Below are positions 25,335 to 35,049 of a stretch of DNA of 51,115 bases, in pieces. The stretch is from Candidatus Brocadiia bacterium (lineage in GTDB: Bacteria > Planctomycetota > Brocadiia > SM23-32): NCBI GenBank assembly GCA_046538485.1, contig JBKHIT010000034.1:1-51115 (forward strand). The letters run 5' to 3'. The number at the start of each line of letters is the position of its first letter. Position 1 is the stretch's first letter. Made by a program: the position numbers and the translations under genes. The notes beneath the pieces are model-generated. The model saw nothing but the letters and a program-made list of their open reading frames with translations. It ran no database searches and had not been told where the DNA came from.

Positions 25335-27200
25335 ATGGTTGCAAGAAGATCTTCCTGGATAGTCCGGTTGGTTCTATGCGTCACCGGGCTGTTGTTGCCC
25401 CCGGTTTTTGCCGCCAGAATACCACGCGTTTTGTCGCTTCAACACGCCGTAGAGATCGAGAGAGCGCCGAAAATCGATGGAAAACTCAACGATCAATGCT
25501 GGGGCGAGAAACCCGTTTTCACAGGATTCTATGATTTCCATGCGTCGGATCCGCGTCCGGCTCCCGTGAAAACAGATCTTCACGTTGCGTTCGATCAAGA
25601 AGGTCTGTATTTCGCCATACGTAATTACGAAGATGAACCGGGAAAAATCCGGGCGACAGCGACCAATCGGGACGATGCGAATCTGTGGCGGGATGACTCA
25701 ATAGAACTGTATTTTTCACGGGGGCCCGAAGATCCTCAAAAGTACCGCAAGTTTGCGATCAATGCCGGAGGCACTCATTGGGATCAGATCTGGAAGGGAC
25801 CGAAAGACGCTGACATAGGCTGGAACGCAAATGGGTGGCGGTCGGGCGTCTCCCAGGATGAAAAGGGGTGGATCGTGGAACTGATGATACCGTGGTCTGA
25901 CCTGGGCGGACAGGCAAAAAAGGGAGATGTGTGGCGGTTTGCCGCGATCCGGTTTTCTTATACGTCCGGCAAACGTTTTGCCTCCTCGGCGTTCCGGGCT
26001 CGGTTCGATAATCCGGATGGTTTCGGTTACCTGCATTTCGGACGGATCAAGTCAGGGGACCACCGGATTGAGAAATTGGGTCAACAGATCGGCGGAACGT
26101 GGTACCTACCATTGGAGGGTCAGACGGTTCTGAGTAAAGAAGGGAAAGTTGTGGTGCGAAATCAGGGGGAAATCCTCAAAGCACAAAAAAAGAAAGTCCG
26201 GCAAAAACTCCGGCGAAAAAAGCGAAATTTGACGTCAAAACATCCCGAACTTGAAAATGCGGCTGAAAGGTACGGCGAAGAACTTGTTGCTGTCCAGACG
26301 GCAGGTGATAGCGGCCCGGTTTTCGCCCGGCGTCTTGCAAAACTGACGGAGATCGAAAGAAACCTGAAAAAATTGCCCCCCGAAACCGATATCAGAGGAC
26401 CGGAAAAGGATACGCAAAAGGGAGTCGAGGTGTACACTGTGAAAAGTCCGTACCTGGCGGGCAAAAACAGAATCGAAGTGCTTCTGCCGGAGGCTTTCGA
26501 CCAGGGCAAGTCGTATCGGGTGCTCTACGTCCTGCCTGTCAATACGGGGATTGGCGGCCGGTGGGGCGACTGCCTGCAGGTGGTGAAGCAAACGGGGTTG
26601 CACAATAAACATGAGCTGATTTGCGTGACAATGGCCTTCGATACGACGCCCTGGTACGGGGCGCACGACAGTGACCCATCCATTCGGCACGAAAATTACA
26701 TGAAAAAACTGGTGATTCCACTTATAGAAAAGCACTATCCGGTGGTAGAGCCACCGGATGGGCGTCTTTTACTCGGATTCAGCAAATCGGGCTGGGGTAG
26801 TTTCTCGCTGATTCTCAGGAATCCGGACTTCTTTGGATACGCCTGTTCCTGGGACGCCCCATTGATCATGGATGAGAATGATTACGGGATATGGAGCACT
26901 GAAAAACATTACGGTACGAAGGAGAATTTTCTGAATTACCTTCCGAAGAAATTGGTGGTGAAGAATGCCGGGGAGTTTCGGGATAAAACACGTCTGGTGC
27001 TGCTGGGCCACCAGTTTTTCGGGAACCGCTCGGCCTGTCCGAAAGATGAACCGCACACCGCCAGCTTCCACGAGCAGCTGCAGGGGCTCAAAATCCGCCA
27101 TGCTTACGATAACACCGTCAAGGCTCCCCACAGTTGGAACCAACAGTGGTTGCGTATTGCGATTGAAAAGATTGTTACGATTGCTGAATCGGAAAAATAA
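25335..27200 (+). CDS. Secreted CBM9-like sugar-binding domain fused to an alpha/beta-hydrolase (esterase)
   Basis: Signal peptide; APKIDGKLND..W, DDSIELY, W.VELMIPW (CBM9-like); VLLP, LYVLP, GFSKSG nucleophile, HSW. Start uncertain (25257-25335). Confidence 0.75.
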   Translation: MVARRSSWIVRLVLCVTGLLLPPVFAARIPRVLSLQHAVEIERAPKIDGKLNDQCWGEKPVFTGFYDFHASDPRPAPVKTDLHVAFDQEGLYFAIRNYEDEPGKIRATATNRDDANLWRDDSIELYFSRGPEDPQKYRKFAINAGGTHWDQIWKGPKDADIGWNANGWRSGVSQDEKGWIVELMIPWSDLGGQAKKGDVWRFAAIRFSYTSGKRFASSAFRARFDNPDGFGYLHFGRIKSGDHRIEKLGQQIGGTWYLPLEGQTVLSKEGKVVVRNQGEILKAQKKKVRQKLRRKKRNLTSKHPELENAAERYGEELVAVQTAGDSGPVFARRLAKLTEIERNLKKLPPETDIRGPEKDTQKGVEVYTVKSPYLAGKNRIEVLLPEAFDQGKSYRVLYVLPVNTGIGGRWGDCLQVVKQTGLHNKHELICVTMAFDTTPWYGAHDSDPSIRHENYMKKLVIPLIEKHYPVVEPPDGRLLLGFSKSGWGSFSLILRNPDFFGYACSWDAPLIMDENDYGIWSTEKHYGTKENFLNYLPKKLVVKNAGEFRDKTRLVLLGHQFFGNRSACPKDEPHTASFHEQLQGLKIRHAYDNTVKAPHSWNQQWLRIAIEKIVTIAESEK

Positions 27201-27321
27201 AGGAACGGGAAACCTTGCTTTGCCTCTTTTCCGTCCATTAGATCGCCAAAATTCATACAACCACTGCTCAAAGGGGCGAAACTTTTACTGCAGCTCGTCC
27301 GAGCGTTACATATTTCAGGGT

Positions 27322-27581
27322 TCAGGTTTCCTTCAGTATGCTGCGAATTTCGCTATCTTCGAGTTCAGGAAAATTTTTGTAGTAGGACGCAACGGCGAAC
27401 GGGGGATACGCCTGGCAGACCAGACAGTAGCAGCAGTCAAAAAGCTCGGCTACACGGTGTAGCGAATCGGCGGGAGTGACGGGGACGCCCAAAACCAGGC
27501 GGGATGGATCTTGCCCGCGTGCTTTCTGGTCGGAAAAAGTCTCTCAGGAGAATCTGTCTGGTTCCTGATATGTATTTTCGT
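27322..27581 (-). pseudogene. Internally deleted phosphoribosyltransferase-family gene
   Basis: One frame gives N-terminal-like RLFPTRKHAGK; another gives C-terminal PSRLVLGVPVTPADSL...FAVASYYKNFPELEDSEIRSIL; the central PRPP loop is absent. Confidence 0.7.
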
Positions 27582-27786
27582 GTCGCTTCCGCTTTCCTGT
27601 TGAAACATTTCTGCCTTCCTGTGCATTATGATCTTTTTCGGGGGGGAGGTACGGTTTCCCGCACTGGCAAACGAACCCGGGCAGTGGTTTGTCTCCCGGA
27701 AACTCTTCTTTGATGCGGCGATGGCAGTCGGGGCAGATAACGGAAATTGTCACGGAGGTTGAATCTGTTTTTGTCGCCGATGTCAT
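27544..27786 (-). CDS. Small Zn-ribbon protein
   Basis: GGAG RBS; CPDC...CQCG. Confidence 0.5.
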   Translation of the reverse strand: MTSATKTDSTSVTISVICPDCHRRIKEEFPGDKPLPGFVCQCGKPYLPPEKDHNAQEGRNVSTGKRKRHENTYQEPDRFS

Positions 27787-28001
27787 AGTGTCAGTCTCCG
27801 TTTGAGGGGTTCGGGACAACTTCAAAAGTATTTTTGTCTCTGCACTGGTCGTCCCTAAAGTAGCGGTACCTTCCGCTCGAAGGTGGCCGATCGAGTTTCA
27901 GAGAGATTAGATTTAGCAATCTCATTCGCTCGATCAACCGATGGACCACGGGGGCATCCTGGATCCTGGCCGTGGCTTCTGTGGCGGGACGGCGGGAGAT
28001 A

Positions 28002-28403
28002 TTACTCTTCCACAGTCAGCGGTGAATCGCCTTCCCAGGTGCCGTGGATGTTGCACCACTCGAAAGCGCGAAGTTGTTTGTGTATATGGTCGAGCGAAAC
28101 GCAGAACGTGACGACCGGACACATCTTTCCATGCACAAAATGCGCTCGCCCAAGGTACGTGTCGTCGGCGTAGAGCTCAATGAAGTTGATGAAATGGTCG
28201 GGGTCCGAGGGGTGGTCCTTGTATTTGCCCACCTCGACGGTGACTTCGAAACATTCCCCTGTTTTGACGGTATCCGGGCCCGTGATGACCGGAACATGTT
28301 TCTTTTCCAGTGCGCTCATCTGTTCAGGATCATCGGTTTCGGCTTTGTTGACCCCACAGTGCAGATCATCTTCACAGTTGGAATATCCTTCGTTTTCAGA
28401 CAT
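28002..28403 (-). CDS. Superoxide reductase, 1Fe class (neelaredoxin)
   Basis: EKKHVP, HP....HFI.FI, WCNIHG; no desulforedoxin domain. Confidence 0.92.
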   Translation of the reverse strand: MSENEGYSNCEDDLHCGVNKAETDDPEQMSALEKKHVPVITGPDTVKTGECFEVTVEVGKYKDHPSDPDHFINFIELYADDTYLGRAHFVHGKMCPVVTFCVSLDHIHKQLRAFEWCNIHGTWEGDSPLTVEE

Positions 28404-28458
28404 TTTGTTGCGCTCCTTTCGTGCTAGTAAAATGGAACGAGGCACTTTTTCGGACAGG

Positions 28459-28785
28459 TCAAGTTTCGAATTCGTATCCTTGTTTTTTCCAGCCGGCTTT
28501 CCCGGCCTCGAAGTCGATGACATCGGTGTAACCGAGTTTTTCCATTTTCATTGCAGCTTTAGGGGAAGCAGGGCATTTGCGGTTGGCGCAATAAACAACA
28601 ACGGTCCTGTCTTTTTGGGGCACGATTGTTTGAATGTTTTCATTGAAATCGTCGTCGAGTGGTACATTGATGGCCCCGGGCAAATGGCCGGCCTCGTAAG
28701 CATCTTCGTGGAGGACATCGACGATTGCCAATGGACCATTATCGTTTATTCTCTCCCGCAGTTCCTCAGCTCCTATTTTCTCCAT
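28459..28785 (-). CDS. Rhodanese-like domain protein
   Basis: IVDV, YEAGHLPGAINVP, VVYC, GY.DV..FEAG..GW. Confidence 0.9.
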   Translation of the reverse strand: MEKIGAEELRERINDNGPLAIVDVLHEDAYEAGHLPGAINVPLDDDFNENIQTIVPQKDRTVVVYCANRKCPASPKAAMKMEKLGYTDVIDFEAGKAGWKKQGYEFET

Positions 28786-28900
28786 AAGTTGACCTCACAA
28801 AGTTAGAACTCTTTGTAGGAACCGTGATCCTTTCAAACTATTCACGAGTGTATCTCATATTCTCGGTGTAACAATAGGGTTTTCCCTCACTTTTGCCTTC

Positions 28901-29001
28901 GGAAAACCTGAGAAGATTGAAGCATACTCAGCAGGTGTTGAGCCGTACAAGCTGGATACGCGTGCTGTCAAAGTGATGAAGGAAAGCGGTGGGACATCTC
29001 C
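28901..29001 (+). pseudogene. Fragment of arsenate reductase ArsC (LMW-PTP fold)
   Basis: IEAYSAGVEPYKLDTRAVKVMKESG then frameshifted DIS; no CxxNSxRS N-terminus. Confidence 0.7.
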
Positions 29002-29243
29002 GTGTAGCGGTACCGCCGTATCCGAGGCCAAATCCGATCGTTTGTTGAGTCATTGCCTGAAGTGCTTTGATGTTCTGCGTAGGATTCTCGCGCCACTTCC
29101 GATATGGATACGCGAATGGATATGCAGGAGATAGTGACGGAGATTTTTCTGGAGAATGCGGTTAGCCTGGCCGGGGATGCCGAAGCTGATAGCCTTATGA
29201 CTTGCGAGGAGGTATTCCCGGAAGTCGACGAACTGCGAATTTT

Positions 29244-29759
29244 TCAGTCTGGCATCGGGAGATTGCAGAATTTTTCCAGAGCGCTGCAGATGGCATCGAT
29301 ATTTTCGAGTGGGACATCAGGTTCACATTCTGCATAGAACATGAGGCCGCCTTCCGGCAAGTGGAGTTCCGCGAATGCTTCTCCGATGTGATCTTCAATT
29401 TGGGATGGGCTGGCAAAAGGGAACAGCTGGCGATCGAGGTCCTGATGCAGAGCAATCTTGCCTCTGGCAACTTCCTTCAGACCTTCCAAACCATTGGACC
29501 GGAATTGTGGGTTCAATAGAGTCACTCCAACTTCTTGGAGATCGGGAATGATCTCCAGAATGTGACCGTCGGTATGGAGACGGATCGGGATGTTACGTTC
29601 CCGACACGGCCTGAACATTTTAGCGTATGACGGTTTGATGACCTTGCGCCACCGTGCGGGACTCATGGGAAGCGAATCCTGCAGCCCCAGATCTTCGCCG
29701 AACCCCATCATCTCAGCCCCGAGTTCAAGATATTTCTCCACGACCGTGCAGTTGTAGTT
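29244..29759 (-). pseudogene. C-terminal half of a UroD/MtaA-CmuA family protein
   Basis: GEDLG.Q, HTDGH, LNPQ, PDVPLENI; the sequence upstream of 29759 is unrelated. Confidence 0.75.
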
Positions 29760-29924
29760 TTGGGGTCTTTGTTTTTGTACAGTATTGCCATACTTTTCCC
29801 AGTCGGTCTTGAAAGTTAAAAAAGGATGGGACACTTGAGTTTTCGGCTCAGGATATCCCCCGCCCGAAGTGGTAACAATATTAGCGGGTGAAAGTGTCAG
29901 AATCAAGGTGGTCGCGTGCCCGAA

Positions 29925-30983
29925 TCAGGACATTTTACCGTAGCTGAGAGCTTCGTCGTACATGGCCAGTATGTTCTCGATCGGAGTGTTCGGCTGGAGG
30001 TTGTGGCATGGCGCAAGAATGTAACCGGTTCCATCGCTCGCGAGACTGTCAATACAATGACGCACTTCCTTGCGCACGTCTGTTGGGCTTCCAAAAGGGA
30101 GAATGTTCTGGTTTTCGACAGCCCCATGGAAACAAATCTTATTGCCGAATTCTTCTTTGAGTTTTTTCATATCCATATCGGCGCAGGTCCACTGAACGGG
30201 ATTTAAAACATCAATACCCATCTCGATGAGCAGCGGGAGGAACGCCCGGCAACTTCCGTCATCGTGATGGAAGACCTTGATGTCGAATTCGTGACATAGA
30301 TCGATAAAACGTTTGTGGTGTGGCGCGTAAAACTCTTCATACAATTCCATGCTGATGAGCGGTCCCGTCTGACTTCCGAGATCGTCAGTGACCTGGGCAA
30401 CGTCGATCAACTCGCCGGCTTCTTCGAACATTCGGCGATGGTGATCGTAGAAGAAATCGGAGATTCGCTGCACCACCTCATGTGTTAAATCTGGGTCGAG
30501 TACCGGATCCATCAGCGATTGTTCGAGACCACGCAGCAGGTTGTGATAGTAAAAGGGGGCCATGTAGCCGCACTGTACGACTTTCTTGTCGTGGACTTCT
30601 TCCGCAGCTGCCGGCATACCGGAATAATCGAACCAGTCTGTTGTGGGCCATCGGTAATCGTTCAGATCAGCGATCGTTTCGGCGTCGGCCAGAGGATTCA
30701 AGGACTGTTCGTTATAGATCCCATCATAATACTCGACCTGTTTTCGACGTATGCCCCAGAAGTCAACACTTTCCCCTTCGGGCATTTCGGGGAGCGGGGG
30801 CCCGACGTATTCCGGGCCGATCCCGGTCATTCCATCGATGTAAAGTTCCGCCCGGATGTCGGTATCTTCCCCGAAATGATCGCGTAATTTCGCCCAGACT
30901 TCACCGGTTGCCCAGATATCAGTCGGCACACGGTCGACGGGGCGGAGGTCCATCGCGGCCAGCATCCGTTCTCTTGAATTCAT
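29925..30983 (-). CDS. Uroporphyrinogen decarboxylase (UroD/MtaA-CmuA) family protein
   Basis: MNSRERM...DRVP, D.WG, LRGLE, TDDLGSQ, HHDDG, LNPVQ, GYILAPCHN.QPNTP.ENI. Confidence 0.88.
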   Translation of the reverse strand: MNSRERMLAAMDLRPVDRVPTDIWATGEVWAKLRDHFGEDTDIRAELYIDGMTGIGPEYVGPPLPEMPEGESVDFWGIRRKQVEYYDGIYNEQSLNPLADAETIADLNDYRWPTTDWFDYSGMPAAAEEVHDKKVVQCGYMAPFYYHNLLRGLEQSLMDPVLDPDLTHEVVQRISDFFYDHHRRMFEEAGELIDVAQVTDDLGSQTGPLISMELYEEFYAPHHKRFIDLCHEFDIKVFHHDDGSCRAFLPLLIEMGIDVLNPVQWTCADMDMKKLKEEFGNKICFHGAVENQNILPFGSPTDVRKEVRHCIDSLASDGTGYILAPCHNLQPNTPIENILAMYDEALSYGKMS

Positions 30984-31027
30984 TTGTTGTCCCGGGCTTG
31001 ATTGAGAAAAGGAATGAGTTGGGAATT

Positions 31028-32515
31028 CTAATAACACGTTCCCTGCTTGTCTGTGTGGGATCGACCGTGACCGAGCGGTTTACTGAAAGCCATTCTTCGA
31101 GGTAACAGAATTTGACCTTCGGTAGTCTCACAGCAAAATGCAAATGTCCATCCACCATGATTTGAGGCGCTTTCATTCGAAAGCGTCACGGTGAGATTGT
31201 TACTGCCTTTGGCGAGTTCCACGTCGAGAGTTTCCGCTCGAAAAGCGTCATGTTGTCCCAGCGATTTGGGCGCCTGGTCATTGAGCCGGAACGTCAGTTC
31301 GTCGTCCCAGGCCAGTTGAATGGAGGCCACGGTGGTATTGGGTGAGTGAATCTGGCATTGTGCGAATGCTGCGACCCCCGTATGGTGCGTTCCGACACCG
31401 CGGGTGGTCGGGCGGAAATAGTGGTTGAAATCGATGAAGCCATGGTGAGATCGGGCGGGCAGCCAATCCAATGATGCGAGATCGGTTTCCGTGATGGCTT
31501 CCTGGTCGACGGGGCCCGCAATCCCCCATTCCCCGCAATCCGGCAATGTTAGATCGCAGGAACCCGCAGGAAGTTCTGTTGGCGAAAGCAGTTTTTCAAA
31601 GTCGGGCATTTCAAAAAATGGCCGGACAGAGCCTTTCTGATACCAGTAGACCGTCGAACATATATCGTTGGCCATCGATCCAAAACGGAACTGAATAGAA
31701 TCATCGTAGGTAATGGAATCGTATTCGTAAAAACGATAACCAACGATGCGTGGGGCCGGGCGCGCCAGACCCTGGTCGTCGTGTGTATAGAAAGGCAGAC
31801 CTTCGTAAAGGTGGGAATCGGCGGGATGGAGGTTGCCGCCATAACCGGCACCAAAACAGTCTTCTCCGCCGATACCGCGGATGTAGGCCGGGTGTTGCCC
31901 TTCGCCATCAATATAGATGTTATCTCCGCCGCCGTGACTCCAGCGGTCGGTATCGTCGAGCAACCGAACCCCATAGACAAATCCCAGGAGTCGGCCCGGT
32001 CCGTCAGCGTCGAGAATCAGAAAATCTCGCCCATGGGACTCTGCGGGCATTTCGCGCCGCCACCGCGCACAAAACCGGCGTTCTTCTGGCAAGGTCTGGT
32101 CGGGAAATCGGTGCCAGTTTACCTGGAGGTAGGCCGCGGTCCCGCCGGGACCCGCTTCGATCTCGACCTTCGCTGAGCGCGCGAATGGCATGGGGAAATA
32201 ACAGTTATAGCCGTTCCACGCTTTGACAGATAGGTATTTGCTATCGATATCGTAATAACCCTCCCCATGCATGACGCCAAAAAAATCTCCCGCCGGGGCC
32301 TCGACATACGGCGTTTCATGACCATCGAAATAAACCCGCAGGATGGCTTTCCGCCCCGGGGCCTCCGTGTGATGAGGGTGGTTAAGGACAAGAAATATAT
32401 GCCGGATACAACCTGGACCTTCAAGTTGAGCCAATGTCTCTGATGCGCCACCTTCAATGTGGGTCACTTTGCTCACGCGATCCGGCACATGATTTCTCGG
32501 CAAATTGAGATCCAT
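31028..32515 (-). CDS. DUF2961 / glycoside hydrolase family 172-like protein with C-terminal extra domain
   Basis: GPGCIRHI, LRVYFDG..P.VEAP.GDFF, NCYFPMPF, G.GGED.FG, YRF, STVYWYQ. Confidence 0.8.
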   Translation of the reverse strand: MDLNLPRNHVPDRVSKVTHIEGGASETLAQLEGPGCIRHIFLVLNHPHHTEAPGRKAILRVYFDGHETPYVEAPAGDFFGVMHGEGYYDIDSKYLSVKAWNGYNCYFPMPFARSAKVEIEAGPGGTAAYLQVNWHRFPDQTLPEERRFCARWRREMPAESHGRDFLILDADGPGRLLGFVYGVRLLDDTDRWSHGGGDNIYIDGEGQHPAYIRGIGGEDCFGAGYGGNLHPADSHLYEGLPFYTHDDQGLARPAPRIVGYRFYEYDSITYDDSIQFRFGSMANDICSTVYWYQKGSVRPFFEMPDFEKLLSPTELPAGSCDLTLPDCGEWGIAGPVDQEAITETDLASLDWLPARSHHGFIDFNHYFRPTTRGVGTHHTGVAAFAQCQIHSPNTTVASIQLAWDDELTFRLNDQAPKSLGQHDAFRAETLDVELAKGSNNLTVTLSNESASNHGGWTFAFCCETTEGQILLPRRMAFSKPLGHGRSHTDKQGTCY

Positions 32516-32901
32516 AATTCCCCTTCAGGAAGATACCGGAGATAGCATTCTCTGGTAGGAAAGAAGATAATAATGGAGGTCTGCTCATCAGTTTGCAGAT
32601 ATTAGTTCTATTGAAGGCAAGAATCAAGTTTTCTGTTTCGTTTTACACGGTAGAATTTTCAGCTTTGCGGCCAAAACGACGAGGTGGCTCGGTCACTGCG
32701 TTCCCTCCGAGGATCTGAAAACCGGCTAACCTATCATTGACAGGGTTCTGCCAATGATAAACGACCGAGCGATCTCGTCGTTTTGGCCGCTGGACGGGAA
32801 ATTCTTTGTTGTGCCCTGTCGGCTTGCAGAAACGACCGCGTGGCGGCAATTTGGGCTGGCGTGAACGAAATTAGAAATGTCTATTGTGAAGGAGACCTGC
32901 C

Positions 32902-33834
32902 ATGTCCGACGAGGAACGCACGCGATGGTTTGAGGACGCCCGGTTCGGGATGTTTATGCACTGGGGATTGTACACGCTGCTGGGGCGTAACGAGTGGGCA
33001 TTCAATATGGAATGGTATACCGTTGATGAATATGCTGAGCTTCTCGATGATTTTAATCCGACAGAATACGATCCCCGCCGCTGGGCCGAAGTGGCAAGGC
33101 TCGGGGGAATGAAATACATGGTGCTGACCTCGCGGCATCACGATGGGTTCTGCCTGTTCGACAGCGACGTGAGCGATTTCACAGCCGCGGAGGCTGCGAT
33201 CGGACGCGATCTGTTCGCGGAATACGCCGAAGCGTGCCGGGAAGCGGGCCTGAAGGTCGGTGTCTATTACTCGCTGGTCGATTGGCGTTTCAAAGGCGCA
33301 TGGGATGCCGAGAAGTATCCTGAGTCGGCAAAAGTAATGGTCCAACAGGCACACGATCAGGTCAGAGAAATCCTGTCGAATTACGGCAAGATCGATTTGC
33401 TCTGGTACGACGGAGGCAGATCGCCGGAGGGTATGTCGACAGCGGAATTCTGGCGGTCGGAAGAATTAAACGCGATGGCCAGGGACCTGCAGCCTCACCT
33501 GGTGATCAATGACCGGGCCGGTCTGCCCGAGGATTTCGGCACGCCCGAAAGGAAAATCGAACCGGTAAAAGACCGAATGTGGGAAAGTTGCATGACCATC
33601 GATCCTTTGAGCTGGAGCCACGTGCCGTTCAGCCCGGCCCGACAGACCAGCGCACAAATCGTGCACGATCTCGTCAGTTGCGCGGCCGGCGGGGGGAACT
33701 TGCTTCTGAATACAGGTCCGCGGCCGGATGGAACTCTCCACCCGCCCGAAGCCGAGAAAATTCTTGCTGCCGGCCGATGGTTGAAACGCCATTCCGAAGC
33801 AATCTGCGGCTCACGACCGAGCAACCTGATGTGA
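32902..33834 (+). CDS. Alpha-L-fucosidase (GH29), catalytic domain only
   Basis: WFEDARFGMFMHWG, TSRHHDGF, YYS..DW, LWYDG, INDR, WESCMT, NLLLN.GP; may be C-terminally truncated. Confidence 0.88.
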   Translation: MSDEERTRWFEDARFGMFMHWGLYTLLGRNEWAFNMEWYTVDEYAELLDDFNPTEYDPRRWAEVARLGGMKYMVLTSRHHDGFCLFDSDVSDFTAAEAAIGRDLFAEYAEACREAGLKVGVYYSLVDWRFKGAWDAEKYPESAKVMVQQAHDQVREILSNYGKIDLLWYDGGRSPEGMSTAEFWRSEELNAMARDLQPHLVINDRAGLPEDFGTPERKIEPVKDRMWESCMTIDPLSWSHVPFSPARQTSAQIVHDLVSCAAGGGNLLLNTGPRPDGTLHPPEAEKILAAGRWLKRHSEAICGSRPSNLM

Positions 33835-33892
33835 TGGATATGCCCCCGAAAGCGCAGTTCATTGAGAGCAAAATGTAGACTATGCGCACCCT

Positions 33893-34117
33893 GTGAGGCT
33901 GATCCGTGCCCGGCGGTCCTACGATTGTGGTCTGCTGTACCAGTGCCGCGCGATCGATTTGAACGGGAACGGTCTGGACGAAGTGGTCGTTATGACGCGC
34001 GACGATCTTTGGGTTTTTGGGAGCCCGGAGGCAGAAGGACTGTGCCGAGAGATTAAACGGCCTGTAGGTCTTATAAGTCGTATGAATCCTATGGGATTGT
34101 CTCCGTTGCCCCATTGA
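33893..34117 (+). pseudogene. FG-GAP-like repeat protein remnant
   Basis: IDLNGNGLDEVVV Ca-binding-like motif in a short orphan ORF. Confidence 0.4.
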
Positions 34118-34175
34118 AACGGACCACATGGACAGAGAAATCAAAGGACCCAGAAGCAATAATTCGATTCTCCAC

Positions 34176-34237
34176 TTGCTATTCTGCGGGAGGAATGTAC
34201 ACTACAAACACGATCGAACACAATCGAACATTATCAC
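34176..34237 (+). promoter_or_regulatory. Promoter and tandem operator upstream of the DeoR regulator
   Basis: TTGCTA-16 bp-TACACT followed by 10-bp-period repeats ACTACAAACA/CGATCGAACA/CAATCGAACA/TTATCAC. Confidence 0.6.
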
Positions 34238-34259
34238 GGCGTAAACTGGAGTCAGGTCT

Positions 34260-35027
34260 GTGGCGATGACGGCGGCCAGGCGGAAACAAAAAATACTCGA
34301 AATGACCGGACGCGGACGCGAATGCAGCGTCCACGAACTGGCCGATGAGTTCGACGTCAGCGAGATGACAGTCCGGCGAGATCTGGCGGATCTGGCCGAT
34401 CAAGGACGGATCGTCCGCACGCACGGAGGGGCGGCTCCGGCGAGCGGTGTCATGTTCGAATTTCGGTTTCTGAACCGGGGGCATGAAAACCGATCCCAAA
34501 AAGAAGCAATAGCCCGCGTCGCCGCCAAAAAGGTCAATGATGGGAATACGGTCATCCTTGATTCCGGCACGACAACTCTGATCCTGTCGGAAGCCTTGAG
34601 GGCGAACAAAGACCTGACCATCGTCACCACTTCGCTCCCTGTTGCTTCAAAACTTCAATACTGCGACGGTATCGACATCGTGTTGCTCGGCGGCCGGCTG
34701 CGCCACGATACACCGGACCTGATGGGGGCGCTGACGTTGCGCAATCTGGAGGAGGTCCGGGCCGATTGTGCATTCATCGGCGCGGATGCCATCGATGAGG
34801 AGGGCGTGGTGTACAACGAATCGATTGAAGTCGCGCACCTCTTACGGACGATGTCCAAAGCCGCGGATCAGGTGTATATCGTCGCCGATAGCTCAAAACT
34901 GGGGAAGGCCGCGCTTGCCAGAATTGGAAGTTTAACGGAATGGAACGGACTGATCACCGACGAGTCTGCAAACGATGCAACGGTTGAGAAACTGCGTGAA
35001 AATGGTGTGGAAGTTTTTCTGCCATAA
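34260..35027 (+). CDS. DeoR/GlpR family transcriptional regulator
   Basis: VSEMTVRRDL, RTHGGA, ILDSGTT, VADSSK. Confidence 0.95.
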   Translation: MAMTAARRKQKILEMTGRGRECSVHELADEFDVSEMTVRRDLADLADQGRIVRTHGGAAPASGVMFEFRFLNRGHENRSQKEAIARVAAKKVNDGNTVILDSGTTTLILSEALRANKDLTIVTTSLPVASKLQYCDGIDIVLLGGRLRHDTPDLMGALTLRNLEEVRADCAFIGADAIDEEGVVYNESIEVAHLLRTMSKAADQVYIVADSSKLGKAALARIGSLTEWNGLITDESANDATVEKLRENGVEVFLP

Positions 35028-35049
35028 CGAATCATAAGGAGACAAAAGA

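Noticed and set aside
27544..27546. Selenocysteine or readthrough TGA joining the Zn-ribbon ORF to the in-frame downstream peptide
   Set aside because: The downstream peptide is better explained as the C-terminal remnant of a deleted phosphoribosyltransferase; the TGA is not at a Cys-like position and no SECIS-like hairpin is evident.
29760..29906. N-terminus of the 220-aa ORF as a real UroD start
   Set aside because: Sequence is unrelated to the family and lacks the N-terminal half of the barrel; treated as a truncation.
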